DNA of 40,348 nucleotides from a virus (Duplodnaviria > Caudoviricetes): IMG/VR virus record IMGVR_UViG_3300035047_000295, positions 1 through 40,348 of that record. The stretch is one strand, 5' to 3'. The notes beneath the pieces are model-generated. The model worked only from the letters and a program-made list of their open reading frames with translations. It was not told the DNA's origin and ran no database searches. Shown piece by piece: positions 8,200-17,050 of this stretch. The position numbers were made by a program, and so were the translations under genes. Numbering within the stretch: position 1 is the first letter of the stretch; each line of letters opens with the position of its first letter.

Positions 8200-8493
8200 T
8201 TATTTTCCTTTATGTATTTCTTTTATCTGACGTACAATAGTAGAAACTCTTTTTGCATATCCAGAAAGATCAACCCAGGAGTCATGATGAGTGGGAGTTA
8301 CTGCGATTCGAACTATTTTTATTAAAATATGTAAAATACAAATTTCGTAGAATTTTGGCATTTCTTTTCCATGCTCTTCTTGATACCTTTTAAGAATTAA
8401 TTTAAGAAGATTTGAAGTTAAATCAATTCCTTTTTCAAAATCTCCGTAAATTATAGATCTTTCATCAAGAGTTTTCGTTACATGATCGTTCAT
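8200..8493 (-). CDS. DUF6378-like protein
   Basis: TLDERSIIYGDF...KIVRI...HHDSWVDLSGYA pattern. Confidence 0.75.
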   Translation of the reverse strand: MNDHVTKTLDERSIIYGDFEKGIDLTSNLLKLILKRYQEEHGKEMPKFYEICILHILIKIVRIAVTPTHHDSWVDLSGYAKRVSTIVRQIKEIHKGK

Positions 8494-9037
8494 ATTGTTT
8501 TAATTCCTTTTTTAATTCATTTATTCGTCTTTCTGTCTCAATACGTATTTTAGAAATATTTTTATTTCCAAGAGAAATTTCATTTAATACATATTGATTT
8601 ACTTGTAAAACGTCTGCGTAATTAACAACGAGACCTTCTACTAAATTTGAGTTAAAAATTTGAACTCCTTCAATTACAGCTTTTGGATATTTTTGAATTT
8701 CTTTTTCTTCTGCAAGTTGAATTTCTTTTGCAAGATTTTTATGTTTAAATTTAACTTCATGAGTAATATCACTTAAATCAGCTTCAGTAATATCATGACT
8801 AATAGCTGCTTGTAAAGCTTTTCCTAAATCGAATATATACTTATCGTAAAGTTTTAATACAATTGCTGCTACAAAAAAAGAATGTTGAGCAACATCTTCA
8901 TTTCTAACACGTATTATATTAGTATATCTATTTATAAACGAAAGTTTATAAATTTGTGTATAGTATTCAGATAAGCACATATGTCTTGTTTTTGACAAGT
9001 ATTCTTCTAAATTATTAAAAGATTTCAAAGATTTCAC
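8465..9037 (-). CDS. HD-domain nucleotide phosphohydrolase (YfbR/DatZ-like)
   Basis: INRY...EDVAQHSF...HDITEADLSDI...YAD. Confidence 0.88.
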   Translation of the reverse strand: MKSLKSFNNLEEYLSKTRHMCLSEYYTQIYKLSFINRYTNIIRVRNEDVAQHSFFVAAIVLKLYDKYIFDLGKALQAAISHDITEADLSDITHEVKFKHKNLAKEIQLAEEKEIQKYPKAVIEGVQIFNSNLVEGLVVNYADVLQVNQYVLNEISLGNKNISKIRIETERRINELKKELKQYERSCNENS

Positions 9038-9462
9038 TCAATTTCTCCTTTGTATTCGATATATCTTACAAATCCGTCTTTTATAACATTTTGAAGAGAA
9101 AATTTAAGCAATTCGAATGAAGTACAAACTTGTTTTGCAGTTTGACTTAGCATCAGATTAAACGGACCTTCGCCGCCAGGCCAGTAGTAAATAAGTGGAA
9201 TACCAATACTATAAGAAAATCCGCATTCGAATAACGTGCCCATGTCCTTATCTACTGTTGAAGCAATAACTAAGTTACTGTTAGTTATTTGTTTAATATT
9301 TTCTTCAAATACTTCTTGTGGATTTGTTTTTCCTTTTATGTACAAAAAATCATCTTTTGGGCTGTAAACTTGAAGCTCTGCAAATTTACACGCATCAAGT
9401 ATTTGTATACGTGCTTTTTCTTGCTCTTTCCCCCACCATCCCGAAGCTACGTACGCTCTCAT
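9034..9462 (-). CDS. Nucleoside 2-deoxyribosyltransferase / nucleotide N-hydrolase family protein
   Basis: YVASGWW, YSPKD, DMGTLFECGFSY.IGIP and NLML. Confidence 0.85.
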   Translation of the reverse strand: MRAYVASGWWGKEQEKARIQILDACKFAELQVYSPKDDFLYIKGKTNPQEVFEENIKQITNSNLVIASTVDKDMGTLFECGFSYSIGIPLIYYWPGGEGPFNLMLSQTAKQVCTSFELLKFSLQNVIKDGFVRYIEYKGEIE

Positions 9463-9483
9463 TTTGTCTCCTTTTATCTTCTT

Positions 9484-11199
9484 TTAATGAAACGTCCACA
9501 CAGGTCCTGCATCGTATCCGTGCGGCATCGGAATTTCTGGGTCAGCTAACTCAGAAATTACGTATTTCCAAGCATCTACCATGCATTCACTTAATCTATT
9601 TCCCCATTTTTCAGTTTCTTCTTCTTTTGCAAGTAAAATATTAGAATCATGAATTGTATTTATTAAACACGCTTCGTAATCATCTTGCAAAATATGTTTA
9701 ACTTTTTGTAACTCAGGATATCTACTATAAAGAAGACCTATAGAAACTTTTGTTACTTCAACTGAAGATCCTTGAATTGGAAAGTTCAAAGAATCAGGAA
9801 TTGAATAAGTTCTAATTCGTCTACCCAATGCAGTCTCAATATCAACGTATCCAAATACATTAAATTGATACTTATGCATATCATGCCAAACTGTAAAACC
9901 TTCATATAATTCAAACCACCTATTCATTAATCGTTTTACTTCTTGAAAAGGAAGATCTAAATTTGCTTGAAGTTTTAGCATAGATTGAACTGTTTTTACT
10001 CCAACTCCGTAAATTAATCCGAAATTGAAGGTTTTAGCTATAGTACGATCTTCATAAGAAATATCTTCTTTTTCAAAAACGTACTTAGCTGTTTCAGTAT
10101 GCATATCTGCGCCAGATTTCATCATTTGAGCCATTACTTCTTCTCCTGTAAAAGCAACAGCCATTCTTAATTCAATTCCAGAGTAATCTTTATACACAAT
10201 TCTGTACTTATCCGGAGCTTCAACAATATCATGTAAAGAATTTGGTATTTGCTGTAAATTCACATGATCGTATCTATTTCCGCCTGTGCATGAAAATCTA
10301 CCTGAAAGAGCTGCGCAAGGATTGAAAAATCCCTTAATAACAGGTCTATCATACGCTTTCAAATACTCAAGAGACTTAAAAAATGAACGAGCATCAGAAA
10401 TTCTTTTTGCTCTTTCATTGCCTTCTTGAGCCATTTCTAACAAAACATCATGAGCAGAAGACTTTGAGTTTAAATAAATACAACATTGTTTAGAAGATCT
10501 AACGTTTAGATCAGGTGGAAGTTGTTTAAATGTGTCTTCTAATTTTTGTACGTATTCTTTTTTTAACTCAAGAACTCTATTTTGATTGACAGGCATACCA
10601 TTTCTTGCGTAATTTACAGCATATTTTAAATTATTTATGTCTAAATTATAGACAGTTGAAGTTTTAAATTCTTTGACGGATTCGTATAGTTTAGCTAAAT
10701 ACACTACGTCAGCAGCTGCGTACGTTAGTTGTCGATCAGAAAGAGCTCCCGACCAATCACTTTTTTGCTCTTCTTTTTTATCAATTCCGTCAATTAAAGA
10801 ATCAGAATTATTAGAGTACTTTAAACACTCATAAAATCCGAATTTTTGTTTTGTAAAATACTTTAAACGAGAAAGATAAAGAGTATCATCTAATTCTTTC
10901 GGAAGCCAAGTTTCTTCTGTTTTTAAATTAATTGTATGAAGATCAAAACTTCCGTTGTGAAAAATTAAATGATGTGGTTGAAGTAAATTTAAAACTTCAT
11001 TTAAAGGTATAAAAAAACAATCAATTACAACAGCTTTTTTCCATGTTGATTGAAAAATCTGAAATAATCTGATTTTCCCGTACAGCCCGCCTGAAGATAA
11101 ACCCTCATCCTCCGTTGTCTCTGTATCACAGAAAACAGGAAGATGAGGGTCTACAGAGATTTTGCGGAAAATCTCAAGATCTCTTATAAGATCGTGCAT
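9484..11199 (-). CDS. polA: Family A DNA polymerase with 3'-5' exonuclease
   Basis: Exonuclease motifs DTETT, HNGSFD and YAAAD; GRFS; NLQQIP; motif A DYSGIELR; motif B KTFNFGLIYG; motif C IHDS. Confidence 0.95.
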   Translation of the reverse strand: MHDLIRDLEIFRKISVDPHLPVFCDTETTEDEGLSSGGLYGKIRLFQIFQSTWKKAVVIDCFFIPLNEVLNLLQPHHLIFHNGSFDLHTINLKTEETWLPKELDDTLYLSRLKYFTKQKFGFYECLKYSNNSDSLIDGIDKKEEQKSDWSGALSDRQLTYAAADVVYLAKLYESVKEFKTSTVYNLDINNLKYAVNYARNGMPVNQNRVLELKKEYVQKLEDTFKQLPPDLNVRSSKQCCIYLNSKSSAHDVLLEMAQEGNERAKRISDARSFFKSLEYLKAYDRPVIKGFFNPCAALSGRFSCTGGNRYDHVNLQQIPNSLHDIVEAPDKYRIVYKDYSGIELRMAVAFTGEEVMAQMMKSGADMHTETAKYVFEKEDISYEDRTIAKTFNFGLIYGVGVKTVQSMLKLQANLDLPFQEVKRLMNRWFELYEGFTVWHDMHKYQFNVFGYVDIETALGRRIRTYSIPDSLNFPIQGSSVEVTKVSIGLLYSRYPELQKVKHILQDDYEACLINTIHDSNILLAKEEETEKWGNRLSECMVDAWKYVISELADPEIPMPHGYDAGPVWTFH

Positions 11200-11870
11200 T
11201 ATTTTCCGGAACCTTCTTTCGCAACAATCGTCAAAACTTTCAGTGCGGTCAAACCGTTCGCAAGAGCATATGCCATTTTATAGTACTGTCGTGTATAATC
11301 AGCAGCATTCTTTTCAGTTTTTGTAACTTTCTTCAAAGCTTCAAACAACTCTTTTTCAGAAGCTTTTTTATTTGCAGCAAATACATCGATAACAGTTTTG
11401 TTGACGACGCCCATACGACCTCGTGCAGGAGCAGTTTTTCTGGGAAATTCCTTTCCAGCTTCAGTAAATTTCTTTTTGAAAAGAGTCATGAAACGAGCTG
11501 CTGTAGCTCCTTTGATTTCTTCTGCCATCTTTTCAGCAGTATTCATCAAATTTTCATACGGCTCATCATATTTGAACTTGACGTTTTTCACTGCAGTTTC
11601 AATCCTCTCTTTGAGAGTTTTCGGATCAACTTCAAGACCCAGCTCAACTGCGCAGTAGTTGAAGACTCGAGCCAATTTGCTGAATGTAATGCCTTTACCG
11701 AACAGGGCAGATTTGATGGCGTCAGGATCTTGATTTGCTTTGTAACCGGATTTAACAACATCCATTGCCATATCGATAGTTTTCTGATCGACTCCCTTCG
11801 GCAGTGCTTTCTTTTCGGGTCCCTCAACTTTTTTTGCTTCTTTCACTGCTTCTTTAACTTTTTCAACCAT
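11199..11870 (-). CDS. Lys/Ala-rich hypothetical protein, paralogue of 24091-24765
   Basis: AAGGAG RBS before MVEKVK; has its own promoter; shares the GRMGVVN.T.IDVFA.NK block. Confidence 0.8.
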   Translation of the reverse strand: MVEKVKEAVKEAKKVEGPEKKALPKGVDQKTIDMAMDVVKSGYKANQDPDAIKSALFGKGITFSKLARVFNYCAVELGLEVDPKTLKERIETAVKNVKFKYDEPYENLMNTAEKMAEEIKGATAARFMTLFKKKFTEAGKEFPRKTAPARGRMGVVNKTVIDVFAANKKASEKELFEALKKVTKTEKNAADYTRQYYKMAYALANGLTALKVLTIVAKEGSGK

Positions 11871-11927
11871 TTTACTTCTCCTTTTAATAAAAATTATTAA
11901 TGAATTACCATTTAATCCATTATAGTT

Positions 11928-11956
11928 AGTATACAATATTTTTTTATAAAAGTAAA
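11928..11956 (-). promoter_or_regulatory. sigma70-type promoter
   Basis: TTTACT-17 bp-TATACT on the minus strand. Confidence 0.7.
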
Positions 11957-11977
11957 CATTTTTTTTTTATTTTTATA

Positions 11978-13588
11978 TTAAAATTCAACATCTTTTATTA
12001 CAGGGAATTTATCAGAAATATCTACTAAAATTTTAGAAGGTATTTTTAGATTTTTTGAATTTTTGTACAACTCGTAAATATTTTTTGGCATAAAATCTAA
12101 CCGATGCGAAATCCAATTTTTAGCTTTATGAGTTGCATACCCTCCATGGTCAAGACAAATAAATTCATTATAAGAAAGTAATCCACATTTATAAATTACT
12201 TTCAAACTATCTGGTTTATTTGTTTTTGAATGGACTGAATAAAAAACTTCATCAACATTAATCCACTCTTCAATTTTTTCTTTTGGTACAGCAATTACAT
12301 CTTCTTGACTAAAAAATGCTTTTATTTGTTCTTTAAAATCAAACTCAGTTCCACACACATCGCAGAGTTTAACAGTTGGGTGATGTAAACAACCGCATTT
12401 TTTACATTTTTTTACAATCGGTTTTCCTGTTCCTTTTTTCTTTCCTTTTTCTGGAATTTTAACTGCATTTATAGGTCCAAGTCTAGAAATATTTCCAGCA
12501 AAATCTAGAACAAGACAGTGAGTTTTTCCTGTGCTCGGAGAAACTCTAGATCCTCGTCCGATCATCTGCACGTGGAGCACTGGACTTTTAGTAGGACGAA
12601 GAAGAACAATTAAATCAATATTCGGAGCATCAAAACCGGTCGTCAAAACTCCGACACTTACTAAACACTGTATTTTTCCAGATATAAATTCATCTGTAAT
12701 TTCATGTCTTTCTCCATCTGATCTTGAATGAAGAACTTTCGACTTAATATTATAAGATTGAAGTTCTTCATTTATATGATCAGCATGATCAATATCAATA
12801 GCAAAAACAAGCCACGATTTGTAATTTTTACTAAATTTCAAAAGCTCTTTAATTGCAGCATTTGTAATTGACTCTCTATCAAAATGAGCTGAAAGATCTT
12901 TTACATTAAAATCTCCCGCAGACTCTTTGACGTTAGTCGTGTCCAGCTGTAAATCAGTAGGCTTACTAAAAAGTTTTGTCAAATACCCTTCATTGACTAA
13001 ACGATTAAAATTTTCCATTGAACTCAAATCATACGAAAGTTTATTAAAAAGAGCTCCTTTTCCTTTATGTACGTACCCGTGCCCTGTTCTAAAATGAGTT
13101 GCAGTCAGCCCGACTCTTCTTAAATTTACTTGATCAAAGAATTTACGATACATCCCAGTACCTTTAGTAGGCACTGAATGCGCTTCATCAATTATTGCAA
13201 TATTAAAATTCTTAAACAACTCCTGTTTTCGATAAATTGATTGAATCCCTGCAACAGTAATTTTTTCAATTGTTCTAGAACCGAGACCAGAGCTATACAA
13301 ACCAATGTAGATTCCCGGGAAAAACTCTTCCACTGCTTGATGATCTTGTTTAAGAATATTTTCAGTATGAGAAAGAACTAAAATATTATGATCAGGTCGT
13401 AATTCCAGATACTTATAAATAAGAGAACTTAAAATTTTAGTTTTCCCAGCACCAGTTGGAACTGCTGCGATAGGATGACATTCTTCATCTGTAAGTAAAT
13501 CTCGAAGAAGAGCATTTTCAGCTTCAACTTGGTACCATCTGTCTTCAAATTTTGTCTGAGGAGATTCAATTGAATCAAAAGATAACAT
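11978..13588 (-). CDS. Superfamily 2 helicase (RadD/YejH-like) with C-terminal zinc ribbon
   Basis: PTGAGKT, DEAH, TAT, TTGFDAP, QMIGRGSR and CKKC...CDVC. Confidence 0.93.
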   Translation of the reverse strand: MLSFDSIESPQTKFEDRWYQVEAENALLRDLLTDEECHPIAAVPTGAGKTKILSSLIYKYLELRPDHNILVLSHTENILKQDHQAVEEFFPGIYIGLYSSGLGSRTIEKITVAGIQSIYRKQELFKNFNIAIIDEAHSVPTKGTGMYRKFFDQVNLRRVGLTATHFRTGHGYVHKGKGALFNKLSYDLSSMENFNRLVNEGYLTKLFSKPTDLQLDTTNVKESAGDFNVKDLSAHFDRESITNAAIKELLKFSKNYKSWLVFAIDIDHADHINEELQSYNIKSKVLHSRSDGERHEITDEFISGKIQCLVSVGVLTTGFDAPNIDLIVLLRPTKSPVLHVQMIGRGSRVSPSTGKTHCLVLDFAGNISRLGPINAVKIPEKGKKKGTGKPIVKKCKKCGCLHHPTVKLCDVCGTEFDFKEQIKAFFSQEDVIAVPKEKIEEWINVDEVFYSVHSKTNKPDSLKVIYKCGLLSYNEFICLDHGGYATHKAKNWISHRLDFMPKNIYELYKNSKNLKIPSKILVDISDKFPVIKDVEF

Positions 13589-13601
13589 TAAATCATCCTT
13601 T

Positions 13602-14420
13602 TCAAGATTTTAAACAATCTAATAATTGATAGTTATCACACCCGATTCTCTGCTGTCCTGTTGCAAGTTGAATACTATGTCTAGAACACTCCCATTTTCC
13701 TTCAGGTAAAATATCACAATTTTCACAAGTTCTGCAGTTTTTCTCTGGAATTCCTTCAAAATGGCAGATATCTCGAGCATCACACCACTTGCATTCAAAC
13801 CAGGTAGAATCAAATTCTTTTTTAGGTGGTTTTTCAGAAAGAATGATATCTTCAGCTTTTCTTTCAAGCTCATCAGCAAAATCTTTGCTATATTTTATAC
13901 GTTCTATGTACATAGAATCATCATTTTTATTTACTGCAATAAAAAGAGTTCTAGTTAATTTCAATTTTTTCATGTAAATTTGACATTGTGCATAATAAAT
14001 TGGTTTAGAAGCTTTTACTCCAAGTTTACATACTTCTTTGAAATATTTATCTGACATTGTTTTATACTCATTCAAATGAACAGTTTTCGGAGCTTCAATA
14101 ACTCCGATTGACATTCCATCACAGTGTCCTTTTGAATGTCCGTGAGCCATTATAACTTCTGTCTGATCACCGTAACAGATGATTCCAATTTTATTTAAAG
14201 TCTCAACAATTGCAGGCTCTTCTCTGTGTCCTCGATTAAAAAGTCGTAGTAATCTTGCAGAATGATTAATTTCATATGCCCATCTAAATGTATACCATAA
14301 GTATCTAGAACATGAATGCCCAATTTGACTCATTCCTAAATAAGGACGATGCTCTTGTTTTTCAGTTAATTTTTCAATTTCTCCAAGTGTAGTTTTAAAT
14401 ATTCCATTTAGAGCGACCAT
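13602..14420 (-). CDS. Cas4-like PD-(D/E)XK exonuclease
   Basis: YLGMSQIGHSCSR, GHCDG, EYKT, YYAQCQIYM and CKWC.....C. Confidence 0.85.
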   Translation of the reverse strand: MVALNGIFKTTLGEIEKLTEKQEHRPYLGMSQIGHSCSRYLWYTFRWAYEINHSARLLRLFNRGHREEPAIVETLNKIGIICYGDQTEVIMAHGHSKGHCDGMSIGVIEAPKTVHLNEYKTMSDKYFKEVCKLGVKASKPIYYAQCQIYMKKLKLTRTLFIAVNKNDDSMYIERIKYSKDFADELERKAEDIILSEKPPKKEFDSTWFECKWCDARDICHFEGIPEKNCRTCENCDILPEGKWECSRHSIQLATGQQRIGCDNYQLLDCLKS

Positions 14421-14422
14421 AG

Positions 14423-15007
14423 TTATCCTTTAATATCCTTTGTAATTTCGTTCCAGATTTTTAAACAACATATACGAGTAGATTGAATGTCACTGACAGC
14501 ATCATGAGCGTTGTTTAGTTTGACTCCAAGAATCTCACAAACTCTTCCAAGTTTGTAAGAATCAAAAATTTTTCTACCATGAAATAACTCATATTGGATA
14601 GTTAAATTTTTTAAATCAAAAACGCCAGGAGTTACGAAAGCTCTCCAATATTCGTCGTTATTTCGTTTAAAGAATTCATTAATAAACATCGAGTCAAATT
14701 GAACATTTTGACCACATAAAGTTATTCTAGTTTCTTTATTCATCGGATCGACCCATTTATACAAGAGCTCTTTAAAATTTTTATATACAAATTCTGAGTC
14801 AGGAAACAATTTCATTTGTTCAATTGAAATTCCGTGAGTTTCAGTTGCTTTTTCATCGATACAACTAAAGTCAGTCGGTTTAACGTAAGTAATAAATTCT
14901 TGACCAATTTGTTTTTCAGTGCATTCAAGAAGTGCTGCTATTTGAATTATTTCATTTTTTACAGGATCAAGTCCAGTTGTTTCTACGTCGATCCAAAGAA
15001 GTTTCAT
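14423..15007 (-). CDS. DEDDh (DnaQ-like) 3'-5' exonuclease
   Basis: DVETTGLDP, GQNVQFD and HDAVSD. Confidence 0.9.
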   Translation of the reverse strand: MKLLWIDVETTGLDPVKNEIIQIAALLECTEKQIGQEFITYVKPTDFSCIDEKATETHGISIEQMKLFPDSEFVYKNFKELLYKWVDPMNKETRITLCGQNVQFDSMFINEFFKRNNDEYWRAFVTPGVFDLKNLTIQYELFHGRKIFDSYKLGRVCEILGVKLNNAHDAVSDIQSTRICCLKIWNEITKDIKG

Positions 15008-15009
15008 AT

Positions 15010-15225
15010 TTATTCCTTTTCAAGTTTGTAGAATGGATCAACATCGTGGAAAGACAAGACATAGCCTTTGTATCGCCATTCCATAGTAATTTCATCAGGA
15101 TCAGTCCGGATTCCTTTTTTAATGAAGTCATCAAAATCAAGCCCGAACTTCTCTTTGAGGTCTTTACAAAAGTATTCCCTGGCATCTGGAGCACAGTCGT
15201 CTTCCATTAAAAGATATTCAGTCAT
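15010..15225 (-). CDS. Small acidic hypothetical protein
   Basis: AAGGA RBS before MTEYLL. Confidence 0.6.
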   Translation of the reverse strand: MTEYLLMEDDCAPDAREYFCKDLKEKFGLDFDDFIKKGIRTDPDEITMEWRYKGYVLSFHDVDPFYKLEKE

Positions 15226-15240
15226 TTTATTTTCCTTTTT

Positions 15241-15359
15241 AATAAGTGAGGGCAAGGATTTGCACCCTGCATGTAATCACCTGATAAGAGTATCGCTTCC
15301 GGCTGCGAGTGATTACCAGTACTCATCGTGCGTCTACCTATTCCGCCACCTCACTTATT
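15241..15359 (-). ncRNA. tRNA-like structured RNA with replaced/expanded anticodon region
   Basis: 11 bp closing stem AATAAGTGAGG/CCTCACTTATT, Leu-type D arm TGGCGGAATAGGTAGACGC, T-like arm GCAGGG-TGCAAAT-CCTTGC, and a ~59 nt insert containing a GTAATCAC/GTGATTAC stem. Confidence 0.75.
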
Positions 15360-15378
15360 CTAGATTTTAATTACTTAC

Positions 15379-15879
15379 TTATTCCCAGGGTAATTTCTTT
15401 TCCTTAGGTGCTGAATTTACTTCTTCACTCGTCGAGCTCTGCTCTGTTGTGGAGTTTTGAGAAAAAGTTGCTCCTTCTTCAATCGGAGTGTAAGAAACAA
15501 CTTGATTTGAAGCAGGATTCGTCTTTGTTGCAGGAACAACTTTCAAAGTTGCATAAAACGGGATCCCGTGAAGTTCTTCAGAATCTTGGACCCCAGCTTT
15601 TTTGCAGGCTTTACAAATTGAATTCAAAGCTTTATTTGCAATTTCAACTGCAGTCGGATTCGGGTTATCAAGATTCAAGTTCTCAAAAAGAACTCGACCT
15701 TTGTATTTTCCATCGATGACCTTTTGCTGAAGCTGAAGATAATGACCGTTTTTTGCTTTTGTCTGTTTATACTCAGATTTGACAATAACGACAGGGTATT
15801 TATCAGCAGGAAGAGCAGTAAAATCAGAAAGTCCTTCGTTATTATCAGGTGTATTGTATGAAAGTGGAAGTTGAGCCAT
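15379..15879 (-). CDS. DUF669-family single-stranded DNA-binding protein
   Basis: DFTALPADKY...KGRVLFENLNL...SEELHGIP and a LPWE tail; adjacent to a Sak4-like gene. Confidence 0.8.
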   Translation of the reverse strand: MAQLPLSYNTPDNNEGLSDFTALPADKYPVVIVKSEYKQTKAKNGHYLQLQQKVIDGKYKGRVLFENLNLDNPNPTAVEIANKALNSICKACKKAGVQDSEELHGIPFYATLKVVPATKTNPASNQVVSYTPIEEGATFSQNSTTEQSSTSEEVNSAPKEKKLPWE

Positions 15880-15937
15880 TTGTTACTCCTTTTAATTTTT
15901 GTTTTTTACTTGTTGGGTTTTGTTCGTTCGTTCATTT

Positions 15938-16687
15938 TTACTCGTTTGTTTTTGTTTCAGTTTCTATTTCTGTTTCTGTTTCTTTTTTTGTTTCACCTCC
16001 TTTTGTTTCTTTAGGTCCTTTTGAAATTCGATTAAAAACATCTGTCAAATCGGGCTTCATTTTAGGTGGAAGAGATCCGCTCCTATCTTTTGCATCATAT
16101 TGAAAATCAGTATATGTTTGAAGATATTTGTATAGTGTGCCGTCTTCAAGCTGACCAACTCTCATACAAAAAACTTCGTCGAAGAAAAAACTCAATCCGT
16201 TAAGCAATGTTTTACCCGGCATCCCAGGAAGATACGAAGTAATTCCAGTTTTTTCATCAGTAAATTTTGTTTGCTTAGCAGTGAAATATACATGCTTTCC
16301 TTTAAGATCACGGAAAGAACGAATAATTTCTGCCATATCATCGTTAAGACGACCGTACGCTTGACGAGGATCTTTTTCATCTTTTTTATACTCACTTAAA
16401 AGAACTTCTGCAATATCTGTAATTGAATCAAGACAAATTGTTTCAAATTGTTTTGCTTCTTCAGACTCAGTTACCCATTTGTAAGCTTCGTTAAGACCGT
16501 CAACTGAAGTAATTTCAACAGCAGGAATATTATACTCTCTCAAAGAAAGTAAACCACCTTCTGCAGAAATTATGAAAGGATTGGGAGCAGTAGCACAAAG
16601 ACGAGTTTTACCGATCCCTGCAGGGCCGTACGTTAGAACTTTAACGCCTCCCGTCCCGTAGTTTTTAGTGGAAATTATTTTAATCAT
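15938..16687 (-). CDS. AAA_24 / Sak4-like ATPase (recombinase)
   Basis: YGPAGIGKT, SAEGGLLSL, LDSITD and AKDRSG. Confidence 0.88.
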   Translation of the reverse strand: MIKIISTKNYGTGGVKVLTYGPAGIGKTRLCATAPNPFIISAEGGLLSLREYNIPAVEITSVDGLNEAYKWVTESEEAKQFETICLDSITDIAEVLLSEYKKDEKDPRQAYGRLNDDMAEIIRSFRDLKGKHVYFTAKQTKFTDEKTGITSYLPGMPGKTLLNGLSFFFDEVFCMRVGQLEDGTLYKYLQTYTDFQYDAKDRSGSLPPKMKPDLTDVFNRISKGPKETKGGETKKETETEIETETKTNE

Positions 16688-17050
16688 TTACAAATCCTTT
16701 ATTTTTAATGTTGGCATAGAAGGGGACATCGTTACTGCTTCTCTTAAAATCGCTGTTTCAGGCAATTTTTTGTACTCACGAAGTTTAAGAGCGGGTTTAA
16801 AATTAAGTGCATTCTTTTCTTCATCAGAAAGATCTGGAAAAATTTGATCAACAACACGTTCATCTAATTTAAAAGAAACACCCTGAACAGCTTCGATTTC
16901 AAGACCTTCATATTCGAACTTATTTTTGCAGGGTGGAACTTTTGATTTAAGAAACTCTCCGCAAAGCTCTCTTCGTAATTTAGCCTCCTTTTCTTTAAGA
17001 TTTTTTAAATCATCACTCATTTTTCTCCACTGAATTAACTTTTCAATCAT
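16688..17050 (-). CDS. Hypothetical coiled-coil protein of the recombination module
   Basis: GGAGG RBS before MIEKLIQW; abuts the Sak4-like gene. Confidence 0.7.
   Translation of the reverse strand: MIEKLIQWRKMSDDLKNLKEKEAKLRRELCGEFLKSKVPPCKNKFEYEGLEIEAVQGVSFKLDERVVDQIFPDLSDEEKNALNFKPALKLREYKKLPETAILREAVTMSPSMPTLKIKDL

Noticed and set aside
6903-11199. 2-aminoadenine (Z) or 7-deazaguanine genome
   Set aside because: No PurZ/PurA-like or QueC/QueD/FolE/DpdA gene in this window. They could lie elsewhere in the genome, so this is not fully excluded.
15241-15359. Functional tRNA-Leu gene
   Set aside because: No anticodon stem-loop at the expected place and a non-canonical T loop; kept as a tRNA-like RNA.
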